From: Acidimicrobiia bacterium
GTDB taxonomy: Bacteria > Actinomycetota > Acidimicrobiia > Acidimicrobiales > Aldehydirespiratoraceae
DNA length: 64,000 nt
Direction: 5' to 3'
Assembly: GCA_003231645.1 (NCBI GenBank)
Contig: QIIW01000151.1
Span: 72,621 to 136,620, forward strand
In this document: positions 17,259 through 26,085 of the stretch, piece after piece
How the letters are laid out: each line of letters begins with the position of its first letter
How positions within the stretch are numbered: position 1 is the first letter of the stretch
Notes under the pieces: generated by a model
What the model was told of the DNA's origin: nothing
The model's database searches: none
Seen by the model: the letters and a program-made list of their open reading frames with translations, nothing else
Program-made: the position numbers and the translations under genes

Positions 17259-17951
17259 TCAGACGCCCCAGCGGCTCTTGCCGAACGAGTAACCCACCGA
17301 ACGCACGGTCAGGATCAGACCGGCGAATTCCTCGCCGAGCTTGGCCCGCAAACGTCGAATGTGGACGTCGACGGTCCGGGCCCCGCCGTAGTAGTCGTAG
17401 CCCCACACCCGGCTCAGCAGAACCTCCCGACTGAAGACCTTGCCGGGGTGGGCGGCGAGAAACTTCAGGAGTTCGTATTCCATGTAGGTGAGGTCGAGTG
17501 GTCGACCGCCTATCACCGCTTGGTAGGTCTCGAGATTCATCATCAGCGGGCCGTGTTCGATGATCTGGGGCGCGGAGTCGTGACCGACCCGACGGAACAG
17601 ATGCTTGAGCCGGGCCTCGAGTTCGAGTGGCTGGAACGGGTGGAGGCAGAAATCGTCGAAGTGGCCGCCTTGGGCCTCGAGTTCGGCCAAGTGCCCGCCC
17701 CCGACCAGCACCAGGATCGCCGACACGGCGAAGTCGGCGCCGCGGATCAGTCGACAGAACCTGAGCCGCTCGTCGAGCGATGCGGTCGGGTCGGTGTCGG
17801 CGACGACGATGGCGCCGGCCCAGCCGTCGGCCGGTTCCGAGCGGCGCGCCTCGTCGATGTCGGCCACCGCCTTCCACGACCATCCACCGAGATCGAGAGC
17901 GCGTGCGAGTTCGGGGGGCACCGGCACAGGGTGGACCAGGATCGGATCCAT
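17259..17951 (-). CDS. glnR: GlnR-type orphan OmpR-family response regulator (atypical receiver)
   Basis: The C-terminal winged helix is LTYMEYELLKFLAAHPGKVFSREVLLSRVWGYDYYGGARTVDVHIRRLRAKLG ... VRSVGY. The receiver lacks a canonical acidic pocket. The gene lies 17 nt downstream of glnA, and its start is ATG 17951. Confidence 0.75.
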   Translation of the reverse strand: MDPILVHPVPVPPELARALDLGGWSWKAVADIDEARRSEPADGWAGAIVVADTDPTASLDERLRFCRLIRGADFAVSAILVLVGGGHLAELEAQGGHFDDFCLHPFQPLELEARLKHLFRRVGHDSAPQIIEHGPLMMNLETYQAVIGGRPLDLTYMEYELLKFLAAHPGKVFSREVLLSRVWGYDYYGGARTVDVHIRRLRAKLGEEFAGLILTVRSVGYSFGKSRWGV

Positions 17952-17967
17952 GCCCCTCACCCTACGA

Positions 17968-19305
17968 TCACCATTGAGGCAGATACCTCTCGAGTTCGAA
18001 CTGGGTGACCCGCGCCTGGAACTCGGACCATTCGGATCGCTTGTTGCGCAGGAACCACTCGAAGATGTGGTCACCGAGGGTGTCGCGTACCAGGTCGGAT
18101 CCCTCCATCACGTCGAGGGCCTCGTCGAGCGAACGGGGCAGAGGTTCGACGCCGAGGGCGCGGCGCCCGTCGTCGTCGAGTTCGAACAGATTGACGTCGG
18201 TGGCGGCCGGGAGTTCGTAGCCCTCGGCGATACCCCGAAGACCGGCGTTGAGAAGCAACGAGAATGACAGGTAGGGGTTGGTGGTGCCGTCGAGTGCCCG
18301 GTACTCGATCCGGGCCGATTCCGACTTGGCCATCTTGCGAACGGGCACCCGTACGATGGCCGACCGATTGTTGCGGGCCCAAGCCACGTACGGCGGGGCC
18401 TCCGATGTCTCGGCGAAGCGCTTGTAGCTGTTGATGAGCTGGTTGGTGACCGCCGTGATCTCTCGGGCATGGTGGAGGATTCCGGCGGTGAACCGTCGGG
18501 CGGTCGTGGAGATTCCGTATTCGTCGTCGGAATCGTGGAAGGCGTTGGTGCCGGCCTCGAAAAGCGAGAGATGGGTGTGCATCCCCGATCCCTGCACACC
18601 GTTGAGCGGTTTGGGCATGAACGTGGCATAGGTGTCGCGCTCCATGGCGATCTTCTTCACCACGAGGCGCAGCGTCATGATGTTGTCGGCCATGTCGAGT
18701 GCTTCGGTGTAGCGAAGGTCGATCTCGTGTTGGCTCGGGCTGTCCTCGTGGAACGAGTACTCGACCGGGATCCCCATGGCCTCCAGCATGTGGATGGTGC
18801 GACGGCGCAGGTCACTCGACACGTCGGCTGTGGTGAGATCGAAATAGGACGCCTGGTCGAGCGGCTCGGGTGCCCCCGACCTCGGATCGCCGGACGCGAA
18901 GTAGAAGAACTCGACCTCGGGCGCGGCCATGAGCGTGTACCCCCCACCGCGTGCCGAGTTGAGATTGCGGCGAAGGACCTGCCGGGGGTCTCCCTCGAAG
19001 GCCGACCCGTCGAGGTTGGCGATGTCGCAGAACATTCGGCCCGTCGGTTCCTCCTCGGCTGCCCACGGGAGCAGATCGAAGGTCGTGGCATCGGGGCGGG
19101 CCAACACATCGGATTCGTGCACGCGGCTGAACCCGTCGATCGCAGTGCCGTCGAACTGGACGCCCTCGGTGAACGCCGCGTCGAGCTCCGCCGGGGTGAT
19201 CGCCACCGACTTGAGTTGGCCGAGGACATCTGTGAACCAGAGACGGATCAGCCTCACGCCTCGTTCCTCGATGGTTCGCAGTACGAACTCCTGTTGACGT
19301 TGCAT
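17968..19305 (-). CDS. glnA: glutamine synthetase, type I (445-aa form)
   Basis: The N-terminus RLIRLWFTDVLGQLKSVAI and the catalytic blocks FMPKP ... GSGMHTHLSL ... NRSAIVRVP are GS-I signatures. Confidence 0.9.
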   Translation of the reverse strand: MQRQQEFVLRTIEERGVRLIRLWFTDVLGQLKSVAITPAELDAAFTEGVQFDGTAIDGFSRVHESDVLARPDATTFDLLPWAAEEEPTGRMFCDIANLDGSAFEGDPRQVLRRNLNSARGGGYTLMAAPEVEFFYFASGDPRSGAPEPLDQASYFDLTTADVSSDLRRRTIHMLEAMGIPVEYSFHEDSPSQHEIDLRYTEALDMADNIMTLRLVVKKIAMERDTYATFMPKPLNGVQGSGMHTHLSLFEAGTNAFHDSDDEYGISTTARRFTAGILHHAREITAVTNQLINSYKRFAETSEAPPYVAWARNNRSAIVRVPVRKMAKSESARIEYRALDGTTNPYLSFSLLLNAGLRGIAEGYELPAATDVNLFELDDDGRRALGVEPLPRSLDEALDVMEGSDLVRDTLGDHIFEWFLRNKRSEWSEFQARVTQFELERYLPQW

Positions 19306-19378
19306 GCCGATCTCCGGTGTGTTGCCTCGTATCCGATGATGCCAGTGGGGGCCGGGTCGTGACCGCGGAACCGTCTTC

Positions 19379-19406
19379 GTTCACATACCGTTCACAAATG
19401 GGCAAC
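19379..19406. promoter_or_regulatory. direct repeats GTTCAC-n5-GTTCAC-n6-GGCAAC (AC-n9-AC-n9-AC), candidate GlnR boxes in the glnA/glnII divergent spacer
   Basis: The repeats are visible at 19379-19384, 19390-19395 and 19401-19406, with one helical turn of spacing. They resemble the actinobacterial GlnR operator as I recall it (gTnAC-n6-GaAAC). Confidence 0.3.
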
Positions 19407-19512
19407 AGCTCGGAAATGCTGTGTTGGAACGCTTCGTGCCTGGCCACCACACTGTCGGTGCCCCCAACAACATCCCAACCCCGCCAGGGGTGGACGGAGA
19501 AAGTGAACACAT

Positions 19513-20529
19513 ATGGCTTACCGGGCTGAATATCTGTGGATCGACGGCAGTGAGCCGACGCGTGAGATCCGCTCCAAGACCAAGATTCTCGCCGACGGCG
19601 CAGAGCCCGTAATCTGGGGTTTCGACGGTTCCAGTACCCGCCAGGCGTCGGGTGACAACTCCGATGTCGTGCTCAACCCGGTTTTCCAGTGCCCCGACCC
19701 GATCCGTGGCGGTGACGATGTTCTCATTCTCTGTGAGACGCTGCTGCCCGACGACATGTCGCCGCACCCGACCAACACTCGTGCTGTTGCCGCGGCGGCG
19801 CTCGCCAAGTACGCCGACCAGGAACCGGTGTTCGGCCTCGAACAGGAATACACCCTCATCAACCCGGCCACCGGTTGGCCGGCCGGTTTTCCTCCCAACG
19901 GTTTTCCCGCACCGCAGGGCCCCTACTACTGCGGCGTCGGCGCACTCAAGATCCACGGTCGTGAACTCATCGAGGAACACACGTCGGCGTGCATCGACGC
20001 AGGCCTGGCGATCTCCGGGACCAACGCCGAGGTCATGCCGGGGCAGTGGGAGTTCCAGATCGGCCCGGTCGACACCGTCGCGGTCGGTGATCACCTCTGG
20101 GTGGCGCGCTATCTCTTGTTCCGCCTGGCCGAGAACCACGGGGTCGAGGTGAGTATCGAAGCCAAGCCCGTGGCCGGCGACTGGAACGGCGCCGGCATGC
20201 ACACCAACTTCTCCACCAAGGCCATGCGCGAGGGCCCCTACGAACACATCCTGGCCGCCTGCGAATCGATGGGTGCTCTCGGCAAGCCCGAGGAGCACAT
20301 CAGTGCCTACGGTGTCGGTATCGAGGACCGCCTGACCGGTGCCCACGAGACCCAGCGTTTCGACCAGTTCACCTTCGGCGTTTCCGATCGTGGCGCGTCG
20401 ATTCGCATTCCGTGGCAGGTGGCCAAGGAAGGCAGGGGTTACATCGAGGATCGTCGCCCCAACGCCAACGCCGACCCCTACGTGGTATCGGCTCTGGTCA
20501 CCAACACCATCTGTGGTGCCCTCGCCTGA
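19513..20529 (+). CDS. glnII: glutamine synthetase, type II (eukaryote-like GSII)
   Basis: 338 aa. YLWIDGSEPTREIRSKTK ... WGFDGSST ... GAGMHTNFS ... IRIPW is the GSII pattern. Confidence 0.85.
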   Translation: MAYRAEYLWIDGSEPTREIRSKTKILADGAEPVIWGFDGSSTRQASGDNSDVVLNPVFQCPDPIRGGDDVLILCETLLPDDMSPHPTNTRAVAAAALAKYADQEPVFGLEQEYTLINPATGWPAGFPPNGFPAPQGPYYCGVGALKIHGRELIEEHTSACIDAGLAISGTNAEVMPGQWEFQIGPVDTVAVGDHLWVARYLLFRLAENHGVEVSIEAKPVAGDWNGAGMHTNFSTKAMREGPYEHILAACESMGALGKPEEHISAYGVGIEDRLTGAHETQRFDQFTFGVSDRGASIRIPWQVAKEGRGYIEDRRPNANADPYVVSALVTNTICGALA

Positions 20530-20589
20530 GCGGAGCCGCCCGGGGGAGTCGCCGTAGGATGGGACGATGACCTGTCTGGCCGACGTCCG

Positions 20590-22359
20590 ATGACCGATTC
20601 GACCAAGGAGTTTCTCCGGGTCGCGGTGTGTCAAATCGACACCACCGTCGGCGACCTCAACGGCAATGTGGGGCGAGCACTCGACGCGCTGGTCGAGGCC
20701 GAGTCGGCCGGCGCCGACATGGCGGTCATGCCGGAGATGACCATCACCGGATATCCGCCTGAGGACCTGCTGTTGAAGCCGGGGTTCGTCGCCGACAGCC
20801 GGGCGGCGCTCGAAAAGTTCGCCGCCGCCACCGACCGGTGTGTGGCCATCGTCGGCTTCGCCGACAGCGCCGGTGCCGACGATTTCGACCATCGATGGAT
20901 TCCCGGCACCGACGGCACTGTTCGCTACTCGAACGGTGTGTGGAACGCGCTGGCCGTCTGCGCCGGCGGGCGAGTGGTCGGCACATACCACAAGCGCCAC
21001 CTGCCCAACTACGACGTGTTCGACGAACTCCGTCATTTCCGTCCCGGCGGTGGCTCGATGTCGTTGTACTCGATCGCCGGAGTACCCGTGGGACTCACCT
21101 TGTGCGAGGACGCGTGGATACCGGACGGCCCGGTGTCGCAGTTGGCACGCGGCGGGGCGCGGCTGGTGATCAACGTCAACGGTTCACCGTTTCGCGAAGG
21201 CAAGGCCGAGGTTCGTGAGAACGTGATCCGGCAGCGGGTCTTCGAGGCCGGAATCCCCATCGTCTACGCCAATCTGGTGGGTGGGCAGGACGAACTCGTG
21301 TTCGACGGTGGCTCGTTCGTCATCGACACCGACGGCGAGGTGGTGGCTCGTTGCCGCCAGTTCGATGAGTCGATTGACATCATCGATGTCGACCTTCCCG
21401 AGCCGTCACCGACGCTCGATTCCTATCCCGTCATTGCCGTGACTCCACGGCGCGAGGCCCGGCCGGACCGGGTGGAGCCCCCGTTGGAGCCGCTGCTGGG
21501 TGCCAACGAGGAGCGGTGGCGTGCGTTGACACTCGCCACACGCGACTACGTCACAAAGTCGGGGTTCTCCGATGTCTGCATCGGCCTCTCGGGTGGCATC
21601 GACTCCTCGCTGGTGGCCGCGGTGGCCGTCCACGCTCTGGGCCCCGATCATGTACACGGTGTGCTCATGCCGTCGCGTTATTCGAGCGGTCACTCGATCG
21701 CCGATGCCGAGGCCCTCGCCACCAACCTCCACATCGACATCCGGACCGTCGCCATCGAGTCGGTCCACTCGGCGTTCGCAGCGATGCTCGAGCCGGCGCT
21801 GGTCGATGGTCGTATCGAGGCCGGCGACATCACCGACCAGAACCTCCAGTCGCGAATCCGTGGCGTGGTCCTGATGGCTCTCGCCAACGAACACGGGTGG
21901 CTGGTTCTCACCACCGGCAACAAGAGCGAATCCGCGGTCGGCTACGCGACGCTCTACGGTGACACGGCCGGCGCCTACGCCGTGATCAAGGACGTGTGGA
22001 AGCTCACGGTCTACGAGCTCTGCCGCTGGCGCAACGAGGTGTCCGATCGGGAACTGATCCCCGAATCGGTGTTCACCAAGCCACCCTCGGCCGAGCTTCG
22101 CCCTGATCAACGCGACGACCAGTCCCTGCCTTCGTATGAGACTCTCGACCCGATCCTGCGGGCCTACATCGAGGGGGATCACACGGTGGCCGAGGTCATG
22201 GCGATGGACCTCGCCGACCCCGACACGGTGAGCAGGGTGTGTCGGCTCGTCGACGGGGCCGAATACAAGCGACGCCAGACCCCGCTGGGGGCCAGACTCA
22301 CCGGCAAGGCCTTCGGTCGCGACCGGCGAATCCCCATCATCAACGACTACCGCGGCTGA
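20590..22359 (+). CDS. nadE: glutamine-dependent NAD+ synthetase
   Basis: 589 aa. It has an N-terminal CN-hydrolase domain (VAVCQID ... MPEMTITGYPPEDL ... LTLCEDAW) and a C-terminal NAD synthetase PP-loop (GLSGGIDSS). Confidence 0.9.
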   Translation: MTDSTKEFLRVAVCQIDTTVGDLNGNVGRALDALVEAESAGADMAVMPEMTITGYPPEDLLLKPGFVADSRAALEKFAAATDRCVAIVGFADSAGADDFDHRWIPGTDGTVRYSNGVWNALAVCAGGRVVGTYHKRHLPNYDVFDELRHFRPGGGSMSLYSIAGVPVGLTLCEDAWIPDGPVSQLARGGARLVINVNGSPFREGKAEVRENVIRQRVFEAGIPIVYANLVGGQDELVFDGGSFVIDTDGEVVARCRQFDESIDIIDVDLPEPSPTLDSYPVIAVTPRREARPDRVEPPLEPLLGANEERWRALTLATRDYVTKSGFSDVCIGLSGGIDSSLVAAVAVHALGPDHVHGVLMPSRYSSGHSIADAEALATNLHIDIRTVAIESVHSAFAAMLEPALVDGRIEAGDITDQNLQSRIRGVVLMALANEHGWLVLTTGNKSESAVGYATLYGDTAGAYAVIKDVWKLTVYELCRWRNEVSDRELIPESVFTKPPSAELRPDQRDDQSLPSYETLDPILRAYIEGDHTVAEVMAMDLADPDTVSRVCRLVDGAEYKRRQTPLGARLTGKAFGRDRRIPIINDYRG

Positions 22360-22481
22360 CCATCGGTCGAGGAGCCACCGCACCGAGTGGCATTCTTCGT
22401 GCATGGCCGATTCCGCCAACCCCTCCGGCTACCGTTTCGGGCGCCGCGAGCGACGGTCTCGAACAGCCACGGGAAGAGCAG

Positions 22482-23045
22482 ATGGAAAGCGGATTCACGG
22501 CAGTCGAATCGGCACGTGTCATCGAGGGGCTTCGTTGGTCCTCGCTACGCTTGTTCGAGATTCTCGGCGAGTGGGCCTCGGCCGCCCAGCGCTCCGACAT
22601 CGCCGTCTCGCTGGCCACGGCGAGCCGTCACATGGGCTGGCACGCGGAGGACCTGACCGCACTGGTTCCCGACAGCGTCCTGATCGACGGCGATCCTTCG
22701 CCGGCGATCGGATATCGTCGCTTGGGTGCCGCGCTCGAGCGGCTTCGCGCCGGCTCCGACTCGATCGAGAACCTGGCGATCGCCCATCGGGTGCTGCTGA
22801 CCCGAATCGGTTCGCGTTGTGTGGCGATCGAGAAGTTGGCGGCCTCCCACTCCGACGCGGCCCTTCTTCGGGTCATCGGGTTCATGCTCACCGATCTGAG
22901 GCGCGATCGTGACGAGGGTGAGGCGCTTCTGCAGCAGCTGTTGTCCAGCCAGGAGATCGTCCGAAGTGTCGGTTCCTCGGTGGTGGAGGCCGAGAGTTTG
23001 ATTGTGGTCGCCGGAGGTCTGCCCCCGTCGACCGACATGACCTAG
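22482..23045 (+). CDS. hypothetical helical protein
   Basis: 187 aa from ATG 22482 (GGGAAGAG upstream) with coding-like GC3. I recognise no motif. Confidence 0.5.
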   Translation: MESGFTAVESARVIEGLRWSSLRLFEILGEWASAAQRSDIAVSLATASRHMGWHAEDLTALVPDSVLIDGDPSPAIGYRRLGAALERLRAGSDSIENLAIAHRVLLTRIGSRCVAIEKLAASHSDAALLRVIGFMLTDLRRDRDEGEALLQQLLSSQEIVRSVGSSVVEAESLIVVAGGLPPSTDMT

Positions 23046-23261
23046 CAGCCCCGAGCGGGCCTGCGCATGGGTCCAACGACCCATTTTCGGTGGACTCGAA
23101 CCAAAAGCCGTCATGTACGGATGCCGACATTCCGATCCCTCTCCTGTCCGGTGCCCGGTGGCGTGCAGTTGATCCGTCGCTATCGTCAATCGGAAGGTGA
23201 TGCGGGTCCAGCGGTCCGCAGTCACCGTGTCCAACCGGGGAACAGCAGCGAAGGGCAGTCC

Positions 23262-24200
23262 GTGGCCAAGGAACGTGTGGAGCGAGACGAGGAAGACCTT
23301 GTCCGCCTCTATCTCACGGATATCGGTCAGTATCCCCTGCTCACCAAGGACGACGAGGTCGACCTGGCCCAGAAGATCGAGGCGGGAACCGAGGCTCGCA
23401 TCGAGCTCGAGAGCCCGGACGCCGATCTCACCACCGCACGCAAGCGCGAACTGCGCCGCACGCTGCGCCAAGGTGAGAACGCCGAACGCACCTTCGTGCA
23501 GTCGAATCTCCGGCTGGTGGTGTCCATCGCCAAGAAATACCAGGCCTCCGGCCTACCGCTCCTCGACCTCATTCAGGAGGGCAACCTGGGGCTGATGCAC
23601 GCGGTGGAGAAGTTCGACTGGCGCAAAGGCTTCAAGTTCTCGACCTACGCCACCTGGTGGATCCGTCAGGCCATCACCCGCGGCATCGCCAACACCGGTC
23701 GAACCATCCGTCTTCCGGTTCACGCCGGCGACACTCTGGCCCGGTTGCAGAAGGCTCGTTCGAGGCTCGAACTCAAGTACGGCCGGGTGGCCACCGTCGC
23801 CGAACTCGCCCGTGAAGTTGAAATGCCGGAGGAGAAGGTCACCGAGGCCCTCCGTTTCGCGGCCGAACCACTCTCGTTGTCCGAGCCGCTTCGCGAGGAC
23901 GGTGATGCCGAACTGGGCGACGTCGTCGAGGATCGCTCCGCCGATTCGCCGTTCGAGGTTGCCGCCACATCGCTGCTGCCCGAGGAGATCTCCCGGTTGT
24001 TGGCACCCCTCGACGAGCGCGAACGCGAGATCCTGAAACTCCGGTTCGGTCTCGACCGCGGCGAACCCCGCACACTCGAAGAGGTTGGTGAGCATTTCAG
24101 TCTCACCCGTGAGCGCATTCGTCAGATCGAAGCGAGAGCGATGTCGAAGCTGCGCCACCCGTCATCCGACACCGGCGCCCGCGATCTCCTGAGCGTCTGA
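23262..24200 (+). CDS. RNA polymerase sigma-70 factor, group 1/2 (SigA/SigB-like, short N-terminus)
   Basis: Region 1.2 is [19 protein letters not shown]. Region 2 is [12 protein letters not shown] ... [17 protein letters not shown] ... [15 protein letters not shown]. Region 4 is [19 protein letters not shown]. The start is uncertain; GTG 23262 is the best candidate and the ORF opens at 23067. Confidence 0.85.
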   Translation: MAKERVERDEEDLVRLYLTDIGQYPLLTKDDEVDLAQKIEAGTEARIELESPDADLTTARKRELRRTLRQGENAERTFVQSNLRLVVSIAKKYQASGLPLLDLIQEGNLGLMHAVEKFDWRKGFKFSTYATWWIRQAITRGIANTGRTIRLPVHAGDTLARLQKARSRLELKYGRVATVAELAREVEMPEEKVTEALRFAAEPLSLSEPLREDGDAELGDVVEDRSADSPFEVAATSLLPEEISRLLAPLDEREREILKLRFGLDRGEPRTLEEVGEHFSLTRERIRQIEARAMSKLRHPSSDTGARDLLSV

Positions 24201-24245
24201 AACCCTGGCGCCTGAGCCCCGTGGGTCGCCGATAGGTTGCCCGGC

Positions 24246-24341
24246 GGAGGTGTCCGAGCGCCTGGTGGGCTCCCCCGCCTTCAAAGCGGGCGGGACGGGT
24301 GATCCCCGTCCGGCGGGTTCGATTCCCGTCCACCTCCGCCA
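24246..24341 (+). tRNA. selC: tRNA-Sec (selC), anticodon UCA
   Basis: 96 nt. Acceptor GGAGGTGT/CCACCTCC (8th pair U-C) with discriminator G and encoded CCA. Anticodon arm CCCGC-CTTCAAA-GCGGG, whose loop is identical to E. coli selC as I recall it. Long variable arm GGACGGG-TGATC-CCCGTCC. T arm GCGGG-TTCGATT-CCCGT. Confidence 0.85.
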
Positions 24342-24343
24342 AC

Positions 24344-24369
24344 ATCGCGCCCACAAGTGTGGGCGCGAT
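24344..24369 (+). terminator. strong hairpin immediately after selC
   Basis: ATCGCGCCCAC-aagt-GTGGGCGCGAT is a perfect 11-bp stem with a 4-nt loop. It is followed by the relatively T-rich GACTATCTTCGTGTC. Confidence 0.6.
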
Positions 24370-24499
24370 GACTATCTTCGTGTCATGACCAAAAATCGGG
24401 TACTTCTCGCACTTCTTCTCGGAGGTCTGCTGGTGATCCTCATCCGCAAGATCCGCGACGTCTGATCGGGGTCCCCGGCGGCGCGGTCGGGGTCTGCGG

Positions 24500-25336
24500 T
24501 CAGCGTGGGAACAGTCGCCGCCGGCGCCGTCGCGCTTGTGTGCGGTAGCGCCACCACAGCCCTGCCCCGGCGGCCAGGGCCGCGCCGGTGCCGATGCCCA
24601 CCGCCACCGGAGCCGGCGGCGTGATTGTTCGGCCCTCACGAAGCGGCCTCGAGATCTCGAACGTGCGGATCTCCCAACCTCGGGCCAGGGCCTCGCGTAA
24701 CAGTGCCCGGTCGGGATTGACCGCCACCGGGTGACCGACTGCCTCGAGCATCGGCAGGTCGGTGATCGAGTCGGAGTAGGCGAACGAGGCATCGAGGTCG
24801 AGGCCGTGTCGTTCGGCCTGCTCACGGATGGCGACTACCTTGTTGGCGCCCGCAGAATAGAACTCGACCCCTCCCGTGTACCTTCCCTCGCTGTCGATCT
24901 CGGCCCGGGTGGCGATGGCGTCGTTGACGCCCAAGTGGCGGGCGAGGGGCAGCACGATCTCCTCGGGCGACGCCGACACGAGATAGACACGGCGCCCGGC
25001 GCTGCGGTGCGATTCGATCAACTCGAGGGCTTCCTCGTAGACGAGGGGATCGATGATCTCGGTGAGAGCCTCGTCGACCAGGGCGGAGATTCGGTGTTGA
25101 TCCCACCCGGTGGCGATCCGAAGCGCGGTCTCACGCATTCTGCGCATACGGCCCTCGTCGGCGCCGAGGTAGCGAAAGACGATCTGACCCCACAAGGCCC
25201 GTGCGACCAGCCACCGATTGAGCATCCCGGCGCGCTGGAGGCTCGGACCGAATGCGAGCATGGCGGCCTTCGCTATCACCGTCTTGTCGAGGTCGAAAAA
25301 GGCGGCCTCACCGGTTCGGGGTCGGGCGTCCTCCAT
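24500..25336 (-). CDS. HAD-IB family hydrolase (SerB-like) with C-terminal membrane anchor
   Basis: HAD motif I is AAFFDLDKTVI. SASPEEIV and AYSDSITDLPML follow. The C-terminus (GIGTGAALAAGAGLWW) is hydrophobic with a poly-Arg tail. Confidence 0.75.
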   Translation of the reverse strand: MEDARPRTGEAAFFDLDKTVIAKAAMLAFGPSLQRAGMLNRWLVARALWGQIVFRYLGADEGRMRRMRETALRIATGWDQHRISALVDEALTEIIDPLVYEEALELIESHRSAGRRVYLVSASPEEIVLPLARHLGVNDAIATRAEIDSEGRYTGGVEFYSAGANKVVAIREQAERHGLDLDASFAYSDSITDLPMLEAVGHPVAVNPDRALLREALARGWEIRTFEISRPLREGRTITPPAPVAVGIGTGAALAAGAGLWWRYRTQARRRRRRLFPR

Positions 25337-25380
25337 GGCACAACCCTACGGAGCCGTACTGCAGCGGCGTTGGCATCGCT

Positions 25381-25447
25381 CGACGACGGCTCTAGGGTCG
25401 GCGCAACGACTTCCCCGTCGAGCCCCTCATTCGCTCCGGAGTCGTCG
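25381..25447 (+). ncRNA. possible 6C-like RNA element (two short hairpins with C-rich loops) or 5' leader of the tad operon
   Basis: CGAC-TTCCCC-GTCG and GAGC-CCCTCATTC-GCTC are enclosed by CGACGAC ... GTCGTCG. The position (HAD gene / ssd-like gene spacer) matches where I recall the mycobacterial 6C/B11 sRNA lying. The stems are short, so this is weak. Confidence 0.2.
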
Positions 25448-26085
25448 TGCTCACTGTCTGTTGGTCCGTGAAGGGCGGCGTCGGTACCTCCGTCGTCGCC
25501 GCTGCCCTCGCCCTGCGAACCGCCGCGTCCGGCACGGATTCGCTTCTCGTCGATCTCGATGGCGATCAGCCGGCCATCCTCGGTCTGGCATCACTGCCCG
25601 GCCCCGGCGTCGGTGACTGGCTGGTGGCCGGTAGTGACGTGCCGGTGGATGCCCTCGCCGAATTGGAGACGGAAGTAGTCGATCGGCTGTCGTTGCTTCA
25701 CCTCGGTGACCCGTCCGGCCTGGTATTTACGGACCGGCTCGACGTGCTCGGGGCGGTCCTGGCGGGATCTTCGCGGTCGGTCATCGTCGACGCGGGGGTC
25801 ACGGCGGCCGGCGGCCGTTGGTGGGCTCGTCACGGCCGGTCCCTGCTGGTGCTGCGGCCCTGTTACCTGGGGCTGCGTCGAGCGGGGCGCCTGGCGGCAG
25901 GGTCCGATGTCGTGGTGATAGACGAGCCGGGGCGTGCGCTCACCGTTGCCGATGTGAGCGCGGCGACCGGTGCGAAAATTCGCTGCCGTCTCGCCTGGGA
26001 CCCGGCGATCGCCAGGGCAGTCGACGCCGGCATACTCGCCAACCGAATGCCGCGGTCGCTGCGTGCGCTGGGGGTGGCGACGTGA
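25447..26085 (+). CDS. Ssd/TadZ(CpaE)-like ParA-fold protein with degenerate Walker A
   Basis: 212 aa. The N-terminus VKGGVGTSVVAAALAL lacks the GK[ST] lysine. It is the first gene of the tad operon and its stop overlaps the tadA start (GTGA). Confidence 0.6.
   Translation: MLTVCWSVKGGVGTSVVAAALALRTAASGTDSLLVDLDGDQPAILGLASLPGPGVGDWLVAGSDVPVDALAELETEVVDRLSLLHLGDPSGLVFTDRLDVLGAVLAGSSRSVIVDAGVTAAGGRWWARHGRSLLVLRPCYLGLRRAGRLAAGSDVVVIDEPGRALTVADVSAATGAKIRCRLAWDPAIARAVDAGILANRMPRSLRALGVAT

Noticed and set aside
20527-20592. The glnII TGA is followed by 60 nt without a stop, in frame with the nadE ATG (possible read-through or Sec fusion).
   Set aside because: GSII ends at its normal C-terminus. 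The spacer has no coding-like composition or SECIS-type hairpin, and nadE has its own normal N-terminus. I treat it as coincidence.
19381-21036. Very long antisense ORFs: 19381..21036(-), 54330..56291(-), 62372..63955(-), 16552..17883(-), 29731..30753(-), 15148..16209(-), 36984..38066(-).
   Set aside because: Each lies opposite a gene with clear family motifs. Their translations are Arg/Gly/Pro/Asp-rich low-complexity sequence with no motifs. Stop-free shadow frames are expected at this GC content because third positions coincide.
24250-24465. 71-aa ORF covering the tRNA-Sec gene.
   Set aside because: Its first two thirds are simply the tRNA and terminator hairpin read as protein. Only the last 26 codons are discussed separately, as a low-confidence peptide.
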